24,000 nucleotides of DNA from Pelotomaculum sp. Lineage in GTDB: Bacteria > Bacillota > Desulfotomaculia > Desulfotomaculales > Pelotomaculaceae. Under the pieces are notes generated by a model that was not told where the DNA came from, made no database searches, and was given only the letters and a program-made list of their open reading frames with translations. Position 1 is the stretch's first letter. Each line of letters starts with the position of its first letter. The stretch covers positions 284,698-308,697 of the forward strand of contig JBMNHK010000002.1 of assembly GCA_050950345.1 (NCBI GenBank), given 5' to 3'. The translations under genes and the position numbers were made by a program. This document shows, one piece after another, positions 6,556 through 15,183 of this stretch.

Positions 6556-8016
6556 ATGGCAACCAGTCAACAAGTAGTACAGTTTTTTTCGGGGGAAAAC
6601 ATTCCCCTGGAGATGCACAAAGCCCGCATGGTACAGCGCCTAAACCTGCTCCCTGTTGGCGAAAGGCTCAGGGCAATCCAGGAGGCCGGAAGCAATACGT
6701 TTCTTCTGCGCAACCGCGATGTTTACCTGGATATGCTTACTGACAGCGGCGTTAACGCAATGAGCGATGCCCAGTATGCGGCGATGATGCGCGCCGACGA
6801 CAGTTATGCCGGTTCAGAGACATTCTACCGTGTCACTGACGCATTAAAGGAGCTTTTTGGGACAGAGTACTTTCTCCCGGCTCATCAGGGAAGAGCCTGT
6901 GAAAATATTTTGGCTAACGTCTTTGTGCGTCCTGGCAGCACCGCGATTATGAACTACCATTTTACCACTACCAAGGCCCATATCACCCGGTTGGGCGGTA
7001 AGGTGGCGGAGGTTGTGAGCGATAAAGGGCTGGAGACAGTATCCGATGAACCTTTTAAAGGGGATCTGGATATGGACAAGCTGAGTGCTGTCGTGGAGCA
7101 AGTCGGTGTGGAAAATGTCTCATTTGTGCGTATTGAAGCGGGGACAAATTTAATTGGCGGGCAGCCGGTTTCCCTGCAGAATATGAGAGAAGTTTCTGCT
7201 TTCTGCAGACAGCATGGACTTTTGCTGGTGTTTGACGCCAGCCTTCTGGCTGACAACCTGTTCTTCATTTGTACACGGGAAGAAAGCTGCAAAGACCGCC
7301 CGTTAGGCGATATCGTGCTGGAGATCGCCTCTCTGATGGATATCATCTACTTTTCCGCCCGCAAGCTGGGGTGCGCGCGTGGTGGCGGGATTGCCACCAA
7401 TAACGAGGAACTCTTCCTCAAGATGCGGGATCTGGTTCCACTGTATGAGGGCTTCTTGACCTACGGGGGCATGTCGGTGCGGGAAATGGAAGCTATGGCT
7501 GTTGGTCTTCTCGAAACATTGGATTTCCATGTCATCAGCCAGACCCCCATATTTGTGGAGGCCCTGGGTAATGAGCTGATGCAACATGGAGTGCCCGTTG
7601 TAACGCCCCTGGGTGGGTTGGGCTGTCACCTCGATGCCAAACGGTTCGTCGAGCATATTCCTCAGGAGCAGTACCCTGCTGCAGCCCTCAACGCAGCTGT
7701 TTATATCGCCAGCGGCATCCGCGGCATGGAGCGGGGAACCATGTCGGAACAGCGCAACGAAGACGGTACCGAGCATTTAGCTGAAATGGAGTTGGTACGC
7801 CTTGCCGTGCCGAAGCGGGTATTCTCATTATCCCAGATCAAATTTGCAGCCGACAGGATTGCGTGGCTATATAATAACCGGCATCTAATTGGCGGTATGG
7901 AATTTTCGGAAGAGCCGCCGACACTTCGCTTTTTCCTTGGCCGCCTGCGCCCGATGGGGGGCTGGCAGGAGAAGCTGGCAAGCAAGTTCCTGGCCGATAT
8001 GCCATCGGGATTATAA
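6556..8016 (+). CDS. PLP-dependent beta-eliminating lyase, tyrosine phenol-lyase/tryptophanase family (TPL-like)
   Basis: 486 aa counted from ATG 6556, which has RBS GGAGGG at 6545-6550; the ORF-track start at 6394 lies inside the T-box leader. Collinear similarity to TPL/TnaA as recalled: LLTDSG.NAMSD, SYAGS, HQGR, FTTT, NL.GGQPVS, FDAS, a SARK PLP-lysine region, YGG, MERG, VRL..P.R and LRFF. Confidence 0.85.
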   Translation: MATSQQVVQFFSGENIPLEMHKARMVQRLNLLPVGERLRAIQEAGSNTFLLRNRDVYLDMLTDSGVNAMSDAQYAAMMRADDSYAGSETFYRVTDALKELFGTEYFLPAHQGRACENILANVFVRPGSTAIMNYHFTTTKAHITRLGGKVAEVVSDKGLETVSDEPFKGDLDMDKLSAVVEQVGVENVSFVRIEAGTNLIGGQPVSLQNMREVSAFCRQHGLLLVFDASLLADNLFFICTREESCKDRPLGDIVLEIASLMDIIYFSARKLGCARGGGIATNNEELFLKMRDLVPLYEGFLTYGGMSVREMEAMAVGLLETLDFHVISQTPIFVEALGNELMQHGVPVVTPLGGLGCHLDAKRFVEHIPQEQYPAAALNAAVYIASGIRGMERGTMSEQRNEDGTEHLAEMELVRLAVPKRVFSLSQIKFAADRIAWLYNNRHLIGGMEFSEEPPTLRFFLGRLRPMGGWQEKLASKFLADMPSGL

Positions 8017-8074
8017 TGGTATAATTGCCGGCAGTTCAACCTAGCAATTATTCAATTATTTTTTTCCTTTAGCC

Positions 8075-8122
8075 AAGGTGGTTATGATTCGCCTGTTTTT
8101 AGGCCATCATAACCACCTTTTT
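8075..8122 (+). terminator. Rho-independent terminator after the lyase gene
   Basis: A perfect 14-bp inverted repeat, aaggtggttatgat (8075-8088) / atcataaccacctt (8106-8119), has an inner gcct/aggc helix. A T-run spans 8118-8122. Confidence 0.8.
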
Positions 8123-8176
8123 ATGATCGACTAACCTATCTTTTTGATGCTTTTGCCCAAAAAGATTGTTTTTTGG

Positions 8177-8225
8177 TTGAAATTATTCAAAAAACTTGTT
8201 AAATTCTATGCGCCGGGCTTATACT
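8177..8225 (+). promoter_or_regulatory. Candidate promoter region for the pur cluster (two overlapping possibilities)
   Basis: Option 1: TTGAAA (8177-8182), 17 nt, then TGt-TAAATT (8197-8205). Option 2: TTGTTA (8196-8201), 18 nt, then TATACT (8220-8225). I cannot choose between them from sequence alone. Confidence 0.35.
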
Positions 8226-8263
8226 TCTTAGTAAGTATTTATTACCAGAGGGAGAGATAATAA

Positions 8264-8785
8264 ATGTCAAACGCACTTGTGGGCATAGTTATGGGTAGCG
8301 ATTCGGATCTGCCGGTGATGAGGGCGGCGGCTGATGTTCTCGGTGAACTGGGCATAGCCTGCGAAGTGGTCATATCCTCAGCCCACAGGGTGCCGGAGAA
8401 AACAGCGGAATACGCCAGAACCGCTGTGGAGCGGGGATTGGCTGTGATTATCGCCGGGGCCGGTCAGGCGGCACATCTGGCCGGGGTTATGGCGGCCCAC
8501 ACGCCCCTGCCGGTGATCGGCGTACCCCTGCAATCGGGACCGCTGAACGGTGTTGACGCCCTGTATGCCACAGTCCAGATGCCTTCCGGCGTACCGGTGG
8601 CCACCGTAGGGATCAACGGCGCTAAGAATGCGGGGCTCCTGGCCGCGCAAATTATCGGCGCTGCTGATCCGGTTGTCAGGGCAAGGGTCTCCGAGTATAA
8701 GGCCAAGCTGGCCGACCAGGTGGCGGCGAAGAACACCCGGCTACAAGAACTTGGTATCGACGGTTACCTGGGCCTTATCAGGTAA
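8264..8785 (+). CDS. purE: N5-carboxyaminoimidazole ribonucleotide mutase (class I PurE)
   Basis: 173 aa. It carries GSDSDLPVM, SAHR.P and the AGAGQAAHLAG motif, which is typical of class I rather than class II PurE. Confidence 0.92.
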   Translation: MSNALVGIVMGSDSDLPVMRAAADVLGELGIACEVVISSAHRVPEKTAEYARTAVERGLAVIIAGAGQAAHLAGVMAAHTPLPVIGVPLQSGPLNGVDALYATVQMPSGVPVATVGINGAKNAGLLAAQIIGAADPVVRARVSEYKAKLADQVAAKNTRLQELGIDGYLGLIR

Positions 8786-8855
8786 GTTAAAAACGTAAGC
8801 TTAAGTTAAAGATAAGACTTTAACATTAAAGTGTGAGTTTGCCGGGAGGTTTAAC

Positions 8856-10151
8856 ATGATCGACAGATATACGCTGCCTGAAATGAAGGCGATTTGGTCA
8901 GAGGAAAATAAGTTCCGCAAGTGGCTGGACGTGGAGATCTATGCCTGTGAAGCCCTTACAGAGCTGGGACAGATACCAATGGAGGCCCTGGCTGAAATCA
9001 AGGCCAAAGCTAATTTTAACGTGGAGCGCATTAAGGAAATAGAAGCGGTGATCGACCATGATGTCATTGCTTTTACCACCAACGTAGGTGAGTATGTAGG
9101 TGATGCCGCCAAGTATATTCACCTGGGGCTCACCTCTTCTGATGTTTTAGATACGTCCATGGCGGCTTTGATGAAAGAAGCAGGTTCCCACCTGTTGAGC
9201 AAGCTGGCTAAACTGCGTGAGGCCTTGCTGGACAAGGCCGTGGAGCACCGCAACACCGTGATGATGGGGCGCACCCATGGCATTCACGCTGAACCAATCA
9301 CCTTTGGGATCAAAATGCTGCTCTGGGTAGACGAGGTAGATCGCTGTATCCAGCGGATGGAGCGGGCTGTGGACATAATCAGCGTGGGGAAAATCTCCGG
9401 GGCGGTAGGCACCTATGCCAATATCGATCCCCGGGTGGAAGCCCATGTTTGTGCCAGGATGGGGCTCAAACCGGCCAGAGTAAGCACCCAGGTGCTGCAG
9501 CGGGATCGTCATGCCGAGTTTATCACCACGCTTGCAGTTATCGGCAGCTCTCTGGACAAGTTTGCCACCGAACTGCGCACCCTGCAGCGCACAGATATCC
9601 GTGAGGTGGAGGAATATTTTAAGAAAGGGCAAAAGGGGTCTTCGGCCATGCCCCATAAGCGCAATCCCATCACCGGTGAACGCATATCCGGTTTAGCACG
9701 CCTGCTGCGGGGTAATGCGGTGGCGGCGATGGAAAATGTGGCCCTGTGGAACGAGCGGGATATCTCCCATTCTTCCGTGGAGCGGGTGATCGTACCGGAT
9801 AGCACCATCACCCTGGATTACATGCTGCACAAGCTGATCAGCATCATTACCAATCTGCTGGTCTACCCCGAAAACATGCTGAAAAATCTGGAGCGCACCC
9901 ATGGCCTGATTTTCTCCCAAAGGGTGCTGCTGGCGCTGGTGGAGGAAAAAGGCTTGAGTCGTGAGCGGGCTTATGAAGTGGTGCAGCGCAATGCCATGCA
10001 GTCCTGGAAAACCGGCGCGAGCTTCCGTGAGCTGCTGCTTTTGGACAAGGAGGTAACTGAACTCCTGACTGAGCAGGAAGTAAACGAGCTCTTTGACTAT
10101 AACTATCATCTCAAGCACATAGATGAGATATATAAAAGGTTTGGTCTCTAA
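8856..10151 (+). CDS. purB: Adenylosuccinate lyase
   Basis: 431 aa. N-terminus MIDRYTLPEM..IWSEENKF. It has the fumarate-lyase signature GSSAMPHKRNP and the expected length. Confidence 0.95.
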   Translation: MIDRYTLPEMKAIWSEENKFRKWLDVEIYACEALTELGQIPMEALAEIKAKANFNVERIKEIEAVIDHDVIAFTTNVGEYVGDAAKYIHLGLTSSDVLDTSMAALMKEAGSHLLSKLAKLREALLDKAVEHRNTVMMGRTHGIHAEPITFGIKMLLWVDEVDRCIQRMERAVDIISVGKISGAVGTYANIDPRVEAHVCARMGLKPARVSTQVLQRDRHAEFITTLAVIGSSLDKFATELRTLQRTDIREVEEYFKKGQKGSSAMPHKRNPITGERISGLARLLRGNAVAAMENVALWNERDISHSSVERVIVPDSTITLDYMLHKLISIITNLLVYPENMLKNLERTHGLIFSQRVLLALVEEKGLSRERAYEVVQRNAMQSWKTGASFRELLLLDKEVTELLTEQEVNELFDYNYHLKHIDEIYKRFGL

Positions 10152-10189
10152 GTTGAGTTGTCGATTGTCAAAATATATGGGAGGTTGAC

Positions 10190-11233
10190 ATGACCGAAAA
10201 GAAAAAGGGGCTGACTTATGCCGACGCGGGGGTGGATATTGATGCCGGCAACAAGGCCGTCCACCTGATTAAAGACACGGTGCGCAGTACTTTCAGGCCT
10301 GAGGTTTTGACCGGAATCGGTGGTTTCGGCGGCCTGTTTGCTCTCAATAAGGACAAGTACCGGGAGCCGGTGCTGGTAAGCGGCACTGATGGAGTGGGGA
10401 CCAAGCTGCGGGTGGCGATGTTGACCGGCAAGCATGATACGGTGGGGATCGACGCCGTAGCCATGTGTGTTAATGACATCCTGGTTCAGGGGGCGGAGCC
10501 GCTGTTTTTCCTGGACTATCTTGCCGTGGGGCGGTTGGTGCCGGAACGGGTAGCCGCGATTGTCAGCGGTGTGGCTGAAGGTTGCCGCCAGGCCGGTTGT
10601 GCTTTGATTGGCGGAGAAACTGCGGAGATGCCCGGGTTTTATGGGCCTGAGGAATACGATATTGCCGGTTTTGCTGTGGGTATAGTGGAGCGGGACAAAA
10701 TCATTGACGGGGGAAGTATTATTCCCGGGGATGTGCTCATCGGCCTGCCTTCCAGCGGCCTGCACAGCAACGGTTATTCCCTGGCCCGCAAGGTTTTATT
10801 AGAGTTGGCCGGTTTTGGCGCCGATACATATATAGAGGAGCTGGGGCAGACGGTAGGGGAGGCCATGCTGCAACCTACCAGGATTTATGTCCGGGCCGTG
10901 CTTCCTTTATTGGAGCGGTTTGAAATAAAAGGTTTGGCCCATATTACAGGCGGCGGGCTGACGGAAAACGTGCCGCGCATACTTCCGGCCGGCACAAGGG
11001 CTGAAATCCGCCTGGGATCCTGGCCTGTACCCGCTGTGTTTGACCTGATCAAGGCCAGGGGCGCCGTGGCTGACAGTGAAATGCTGCGCACTTTTAATAT
11101 GGGCATAGGCATGGTGATCATTGTTTCAGCTGATCAGGCCGGTGCTATTGTGGCTGACCTGTCTGACAGAGGTGAACCCTGCTGTTTAATCGGTAAAGTA
11201 GTGGAAGGCCAACAAGGCGTTAGTTACGTTTAA
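10190..11233 (+). CDS. purM: Phosphoribosylformylglycinamidine cyclo-ligase (AIR synthetase)
   Basis: 347 aa. Motifs [29 protein letters not shown] and HITGGG. RBS GGGAGG. Confidence 0.95.
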   Translation: MTEKKKGLTYADAGVDIDAGNKAVHLIKDTVRSTFRPEVLTGIGGFGGLFALNKDKYREPVLVSGTDGVGTKLRVAMLTGKHDTVGIDAVAMCVNDILVQGAEPLFFLDYLAVGRLVPERVAAIVSGVAEGCRQAGCALIGGETAEMPGFYGPEEYDIAGFAVGIVERDKIIDGGSIIPGDVLIGLPSSGLHSNGYSLARKVLLELAGFGADTYIEELGQTVGEAMLQPTRIYVRAVLPLLERFEIKGLAHITGGGLTENVPRILPAGTRAEIRLGSWPVPAVFDLIKARGAVADSEMLRTFNMGIGMVIIVSADQAGAIVADLSDRGEPCCLIGKVVEGQQGVSYV

Positions 11234-11245
11234 GGAGAGGATAGA

Positions 11246-11860
11246 TTGAACAAGATACGCCTGGGGGTCCTGGTATCAGGCCGGGGCTCAAACCTCCAAA
11301 ACATCATTGACCAGGCCGAAGCCGGCAAGCTAATGGCGCAGGTTGCTGTGGTCATCAGTGACAAGAAAGAAGCCTATGCTTTGGAACGCGCCAGGCAGGC
11401 GGGGATCCCGGCGATACATGTTAGCCCGATGGACTTTCCCACCCGGGACGACTATGATAGCGCCGTGCTCGGCATTCTGCGGCAACACGGGGTGGAACTG
11501 GTCTGCCTGGCGGGTTATATGCGCATCGTAAGCCAGGTTATCCTTGAGGCCTTCCCCAACAGAGTCATAAATATTCATCCGTCTTTGCTGCCGTCCTTTC
11601 CCGGCCTGCGCGGTCAGGCCCAGGCACTGGCTTACGGGGTTAGATACAGCGGCTGCACCTTGCATTTTGTGGACGAGGGCATGGATACCGGCCCGATTAT
11701 CCTGCAGGCCGTGGTGCCGGTGTACGAGGAAGATACGGTGGAGAGTTTGTCGAAACGTATTTTAGAGCAGGAACACAGGCTTTATACCGAAGGGATCAAT
11801 CTATATGCCCAGGGACGGTTAAAAGTGGAGGGCAGAAAAGTTTATATCAAAAAGTTATAG
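11246..11860 (+). CDS. purN: Phosphoribosylglycinamide formyltransferase
   Basis: 204 aa with a TTG start after AAGGAGAGG. Motifs VLVSGRGSNLQ.II, NIHPSLLP and GCT.HFVDEG.DTGPII. Confidence 0.92.
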   Translation: MNKIRLGVLVSGRGSNLQNIIDQAEAGKLMAQVAVVISDKKEAYALERARQAGIPAIHVSPMDFPTRDDYDSAVLGILRQHGVELVCLAGYMRIVSQVILEAFPNRVINIHPSLLPSFPGLRGQAQALAYGVRYSGCTLHFVDEGMDTGPIILQAVVPVYEEDTVESLSKRILEQEHRLYTEGINLYAQGRLKVEGRKVYIKKL

Positions 11861-11872
11861 GGAGGTAGGAGC

Positions 11873-13414
11873 ATGATGACGAAGCGCGCTTTAATCAGTG
11901 TGTCTGACAAAACCGGCGTAGTTGAGTTTTCACGCGGCCTGGCAGAGCTGGGCGTGGAAATCGTTTCCACCGGGGGCACCTCTAAGGCTTTGCAGGAGGC
12001 GGGCGTGCCGGTAACTTATATTTCTGACGTCACTGGTTTCCCGGAAATACTGGACGGCCGGGTCAAAACACTGCATCCTAACGTGCACGGCGGGATCCTG
12101 GCTTTGAGAACCCCTGAGCACCTGGGGCAATTGTCCGAGCACAATATTACCCCTATCGACCTGGTAGTGGTTAACCTGTATCCTTTCCGGGAGACTATTG
12201 CCAAACCGGGCGTAACCCTGGCGGAAGCCATCGAAAACATCGATATCGGCGGTCCCACCATGGTGCGCTCGGCGGCTAAGAATTACCAGAATGTGCTGGT
12301 CGTAGTCAATCCAAAGCGCTACGGGGAGGTCCTGGAGGCCTTGCGCCGGGGCGAAGTCAGCCAGGAGCTGAGGATGTCTTTAGCCCGGGAAGCCTTTGCT
12401 CACACTGCCTCTTATGATGCAGCCATAACGGCTTATCTCACCGGGCTCAGCGAAGGTGAGGAATTATTTCCCCCGGCCCTGGAACTCTCCCTTGAACGGG
12501 CGCAAGTTTTGCGTTATGGCGAGAATCCCCACCAGCAAGCAGCTTTCTACAAAGATCCGGCGGTGACGGGGCCCTGTATCGGCCATGCTACCCAGCTGTG
12601 GGGCAAAGAATTGTCCTACAACAATATCCTGGACACCAACTCTGCTTTTGAGCTGTTGCGGGAATTTACCGAGCCTGCCGCAGTGATCGTTAAGCATAAT
12701 AACCCCTGCGGCTGTGCCCTTGGCGCCAACCTCACCGAGGCTTACTTAAAGGCTTTGGAGGGGGATCCGGTGTCAGCTTATGGCGGTATTATCGCCTTAA
12801 ACCGGACAGTGGACGCAGCTACCGCTCAGGAGATGGCCAAACTTTTCGTAGAAGTGATCATTGCGCCGGGTTACCAGGCGGAGGCACTGGAAATTTTAAA
12901 GAAAAAGGCGAACTTAAGGCTATTGGCAACCGGTGCCTTAACCGGCCAGACCAATGACCGTTTTGATATGCGGCGGGTTAATGGCGGGCTCCTGGTGCAG
13001 GAGTTCGACCGTGAAGTGTTTAAGGAGCAGGATCTGAAAGTGGTCACCAGGCGTAAGCCGACCCAGGAGGAACTGGACGAGCTGATTTTTGCCATGACCG
13101 TAACCAAACATGTTAAATCCAATGCGATTGTGCTGACCAGAGACCGCCAGTTGGTGGGTGTAGGGGCCGGTCAAATGAATCGTGTCGGTTCGGCCAGGAT
13201 TGCCATCAACCAGGCCGGTGAAAAGGCGAAGGGTGCGGTGCTGGGCTCAGATGCATTCTTTCCTTTTAACGATACGGTGCTGGAGGCAGCTGCTGCCGGG
13301 GTTACCGCGATCATTCAACCAGGTGGTTCCATCCGCGATGAGGAATCGATTAAAGCATGTGATGAGGCCGGTATTGCCATGGTCTTTACCGGCATGAGAC
13401 ATTTTAAACACTAA
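11873..13414 (+). CDS. purH: Bifunctional AICAR formyltransferase / IMP cyclohydrolase
   Basis: 513 aa. Motifs [22 protein letters not shown] and the C-terminal end RHFKH. Confidence 0.95.
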   Translation: MMTKRALISVSDKTGVVEFSRGLAELGVEIVSTGGTSKALQEAGVPVTYISDVTGFPEILDGRVKTLHPNVHGGILALRTPEHLGQLSEHNITPIDLVVVNLYPFRETIAKPGVTLAEAIENIDIGGPTMVRSAAKNYQNVLVVVNPKRYGEVLEALRRGEVSQELRMSLAREAFAHTASYDAAITAYLTGLSEGEELFPPALELSLERAQVLRYGENPHQQAAFYKDPAVTGPCIGHATQLWGKELSYNNILDTNSAFELLREFTEPAAVIVKHNNPCGCALGANLTEAYLKALEGDPVSAYGGIIALNRTVDAATAQEMAKLFVEVIIAPGYQAEALEILKKKANLRLLATGALTGQTNDRFDMRRVNGGLLVQEFDREVFKEQDLKVVTRRKPTQEELDELIFAMTVTKHVKSNAIVLTRDRQLVGVGAGQMNRVGSARIAINQAGEKAKGAVLGSDAFFPFNDTVLEAAAAGVTAIIQPGGSIRDEESIKACDEAGIAMVFTGMRHFKH

Positions 13415-13427
13415 TCTGGGGGTAATT

Positions 13428-14699
13428 ATGAAGGTTTTGGTAGTTGGCGGCGGTGGGCGTGAGCATGCTCTGGTCTGGAAGCTTAAACAAAGCCCCCGCG
13501 TAACTGAAGTTTACTGCGCGCCGGGCAATGCCGGCATTGCTAAAGATGCTACTTGCGTCAATATCAGCGTCGAAGACATCCAGGGTTTGCTGGCTTTTGC
13601 GCAACAGAACGGTATCGAACTCACGGTGGTGGGACCGGAAAAGCCCCTTAACGCCGGCATTGTAGATCTTTTTGAAGCTGCTGGCTTGAAGATCTTCGGA
13701 CCTTCCAAAGCCGCGGCGGAGATCGAAGGCAGCAAAGCCCTGGCCAAGGAGATCATGGCCAGGTACGGGATTCCCACCGCGGCTTTCCAGGTTTTTACCG
13801 ATCCGGACGAGGCCATTGGTTATATTAAACGCGTTGGGGTTCCCTGTGTGCTCAAGGCGGACGGCCTGGCCGAGGGCAAAGGTGTTATTGTAGCCATGGA
13901 TGAGCAGACTGCTCTCGCTGGGGTGCGCTCCATTATGGTGGACAGGAAATTTGGAGCCGCCGGTTCCCGCCTGGTCATTGAGGAATACCTGGCAGGGGAA
14001 GAGGTCAGCATCCTGGCTTTTACCGACGGTGTTAACGTGGTGCCCATGGTGCCTTCCCAGGATCACAAACGCGTTTACGACAACGATGAGGGGCCCAATA
14101 CCGGCGGCATGGGCGCCTATGCCCCGGCGCCGTTATATACGCCTGAGGTGCACAAACGGACGATGGAGGAAGTGTTGCTCCCAGTGATCCGGGGGATGGC
14201 CCAGGAGGGCAGGACTTACCGGGGGGTAATTTATGCCGGGCTGATGGTGGATGAGCAAGGGCCGAAAGTGCTGGAGTTCAATGCCCGCTTTGGTGACCCG
14301 GAAACACAGCCTGTGCTGACGCTGTTGGAGACGGATTTGGTGGAGATCATCGAAGCCGTCCTGGAGCAGCGCCTGGATCAAATAGAGCTCAAATGGAAGG
14401 ACGGCGCGGCTGTTTGTGTTGTCCTGGCCTCAGGGGGGTACCCGGGGGCTTATCAGAAAGGGAAAACCATCCATGGCCTGGAAAGAGCTATGGAGGATGC
14501 AGTTGTCTTCCATGCCGGTACAGCTATTGAGCAGGGGAAAATTGTCACAGACGGCGGCAGGGTTCTGGGTGTGACGGCAACCGGCGCTGATATTCCCGCG
14601 GCTATTAAACGGGCTTATGAGGCTGTAGCACAGATCCGCTTTGACGGCATGCATTACCGTCATGATGTGGGACGCAAGGCGTTGGACAGGGATAAATAG
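13428..14699 (+). CDS. purD: Phosphoribosylamine-glycine ligase
   Basis: 423 aa. Motifs MKVLVVGGGGREHAL.WKL, an ATP-grasp core, EFNARFGDPETQ and GGRVLGVTA. Confidence 0.95.
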   Translation: MKVLVVGGGGREHALVWKLKQSPRVTEVYCAPGNAGIAKDATCVNISVEDIQGLLAFAQQNGIELTVVGPEKPLNAGIVDLFEAAGLKIFGPSKAAAEIEGSKALAKEIMARYGIPTAAFQVFTDPDEAIGYIKRVGVPCVLKADGLAEGKGVIVAMDEQTALAGVRSIMVDRKFGAAGSRLVIEEYLAGEEVSILAFTDGVNVVPMVPSQDHKRVYDNDEGPNTGGMGAYAPAPLYTPEVHKRTMEEVLLPVIRGMAQEGRTYRGVIYAGLMVDEQGPKVLEFNARFGDPETQPVLTLLETDLVEIIEAVLEQRLDQIELKWKDGAAVCVVLASGGYPGAYQKGKTIHGLERAMEDAVVFHAGTAIEQGKIVTDGGRVLGVTATGADIPAAIKRAYEAVAQIRFDGMHYRHDVGRKALDRDK

Positions 14700-14734
14700 T
14701 ATTGATGTTTGCCCTTTGTACGAACATGATCAAA

Positions 14735-14793
14735 AGGCGCAGCTGGAGCTGGCGATAACATTTTCGTTAGTTAGCGGCAGCGCCTGTTTCTTT
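14735..14793 (+). terminator. Possible terminator after purD (long-loop hairpin plus T-rich tail)
   Basis: aggcgc (14735-14740) pairs with gcgcct (14780-14785), with further partial pairing, followed by gtttcttt. The large loop makes this assignment weak. Confidence 0.3.
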
Positions 14794-14796
14794 AGC

Positions 14797-14825
14797 TTGA
14801 CTTTTCTCCTTTAATATTTTAATAT
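14797..14825 (+). promoter_or_regulatory. Candidate sigma-A promoter of the yerC-like/his operon
   Basis: TTGACT (14797-14802), a 17-nt spacer, then TAATAT (14820-14825). It is overlapped by the imperfect palindrome ctttaa-N12-ttaaag (14809-14832). Confidence 0.5.
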
Positions 14826-14862
14826 GTTAAAGTAATGAATTATAAGCAGGGGTGGTGAATCT

Positions 14863-15180
14863 GTGTATACCGGGAAACTCAAAGATGAGTTGTTGGACAG
14901 GCTCTTTGAGGCCATACTGCTGCTAGAAAACACGGATGAATGCTACCGGTTTTTTGAAGATATTTGCACTGTTGCCGAAATCAGATCATTGGCTCAGCGT
15001 TTAGAAGTGGCTAAAATGCTGCAGGCCAACCATACATACGGTGATATAGCTGCCCGCACCGGAGCCAGCTCAGCTACGATCAGCCGGGTAAAAAGGTCTC
15101 TTAATTTCGGCGCGGATGGCTATAAGCTGGTCCTGAACAGGTTGCAGGCCGAAGAAGAAGGCAGTGAACTGGGAGGTTGA
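14863..15180 (+). CDS. YerC/YecD family TrpR-like DNA-binding protein (possible histidine regulon regulator)
   Basis: 105 aa with a GTG start. Motifs ECYRFFEDICT..E...LAQRL.VAK.L....Y..I...TGAS.ATISRV.R.L..G are characteristic of YerC/YecD TrpR-related proteins. The stop codon is 3 nt before the hisD start. Confidence 0.8.
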   Translation: MYTGKLKDELLDRLFEAILLLENTDECYRFFEDICTVAEIRSLAQRLEVAKMLQANHTYGDIAARTGASSATISRVKRSLNFGADGYKLVLNRLQAEEEGSELGG

Positions 15181-15183
15181 ACT

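Noticed and set aside
6136-6618. ORFs of 71-76 aa on both strands (6136-6351 +, 6225-6452 -, 6388-6618 -) in the guaA-lyase spacer.
   Set aside because: They overlap a highly structured T-box leader. They have no RBS and no recognisable protein features, so the RNA element explains the region.
8017-8263. A possible purine, ZTP or PRPP riboswitch or PurBox upstream of purE.
   Set aside because: I looked for conserved cores (a purine three-way junction with the UAUAAU...CUAC-type loops, the ZTP GGGUCG...CCGCCUGGGC motif, and a CGAA-centred PurBox) and saw none. Only a terminator, promoter-like hexamers and weak AT-rich hairpins are present.
9147-14066. Long antisense ORFs inside pur genes, for example 9147-9656 -, 10148-10765 - (205 aa) and 13404-14066 - (220 aa). 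Similar ones lie inside hisA (18313-18900 -), pcrA (20881-21336 -) and the lyase (7303-7776 -).
   Set aside because: Each is fully embedded opposite a confidently identified enzyme gene. Their composition is low-complexity and rich in Arg, Pro, Gly and Ser, typical of shadow frames in GC-biased coding DNA. None has an RBS.
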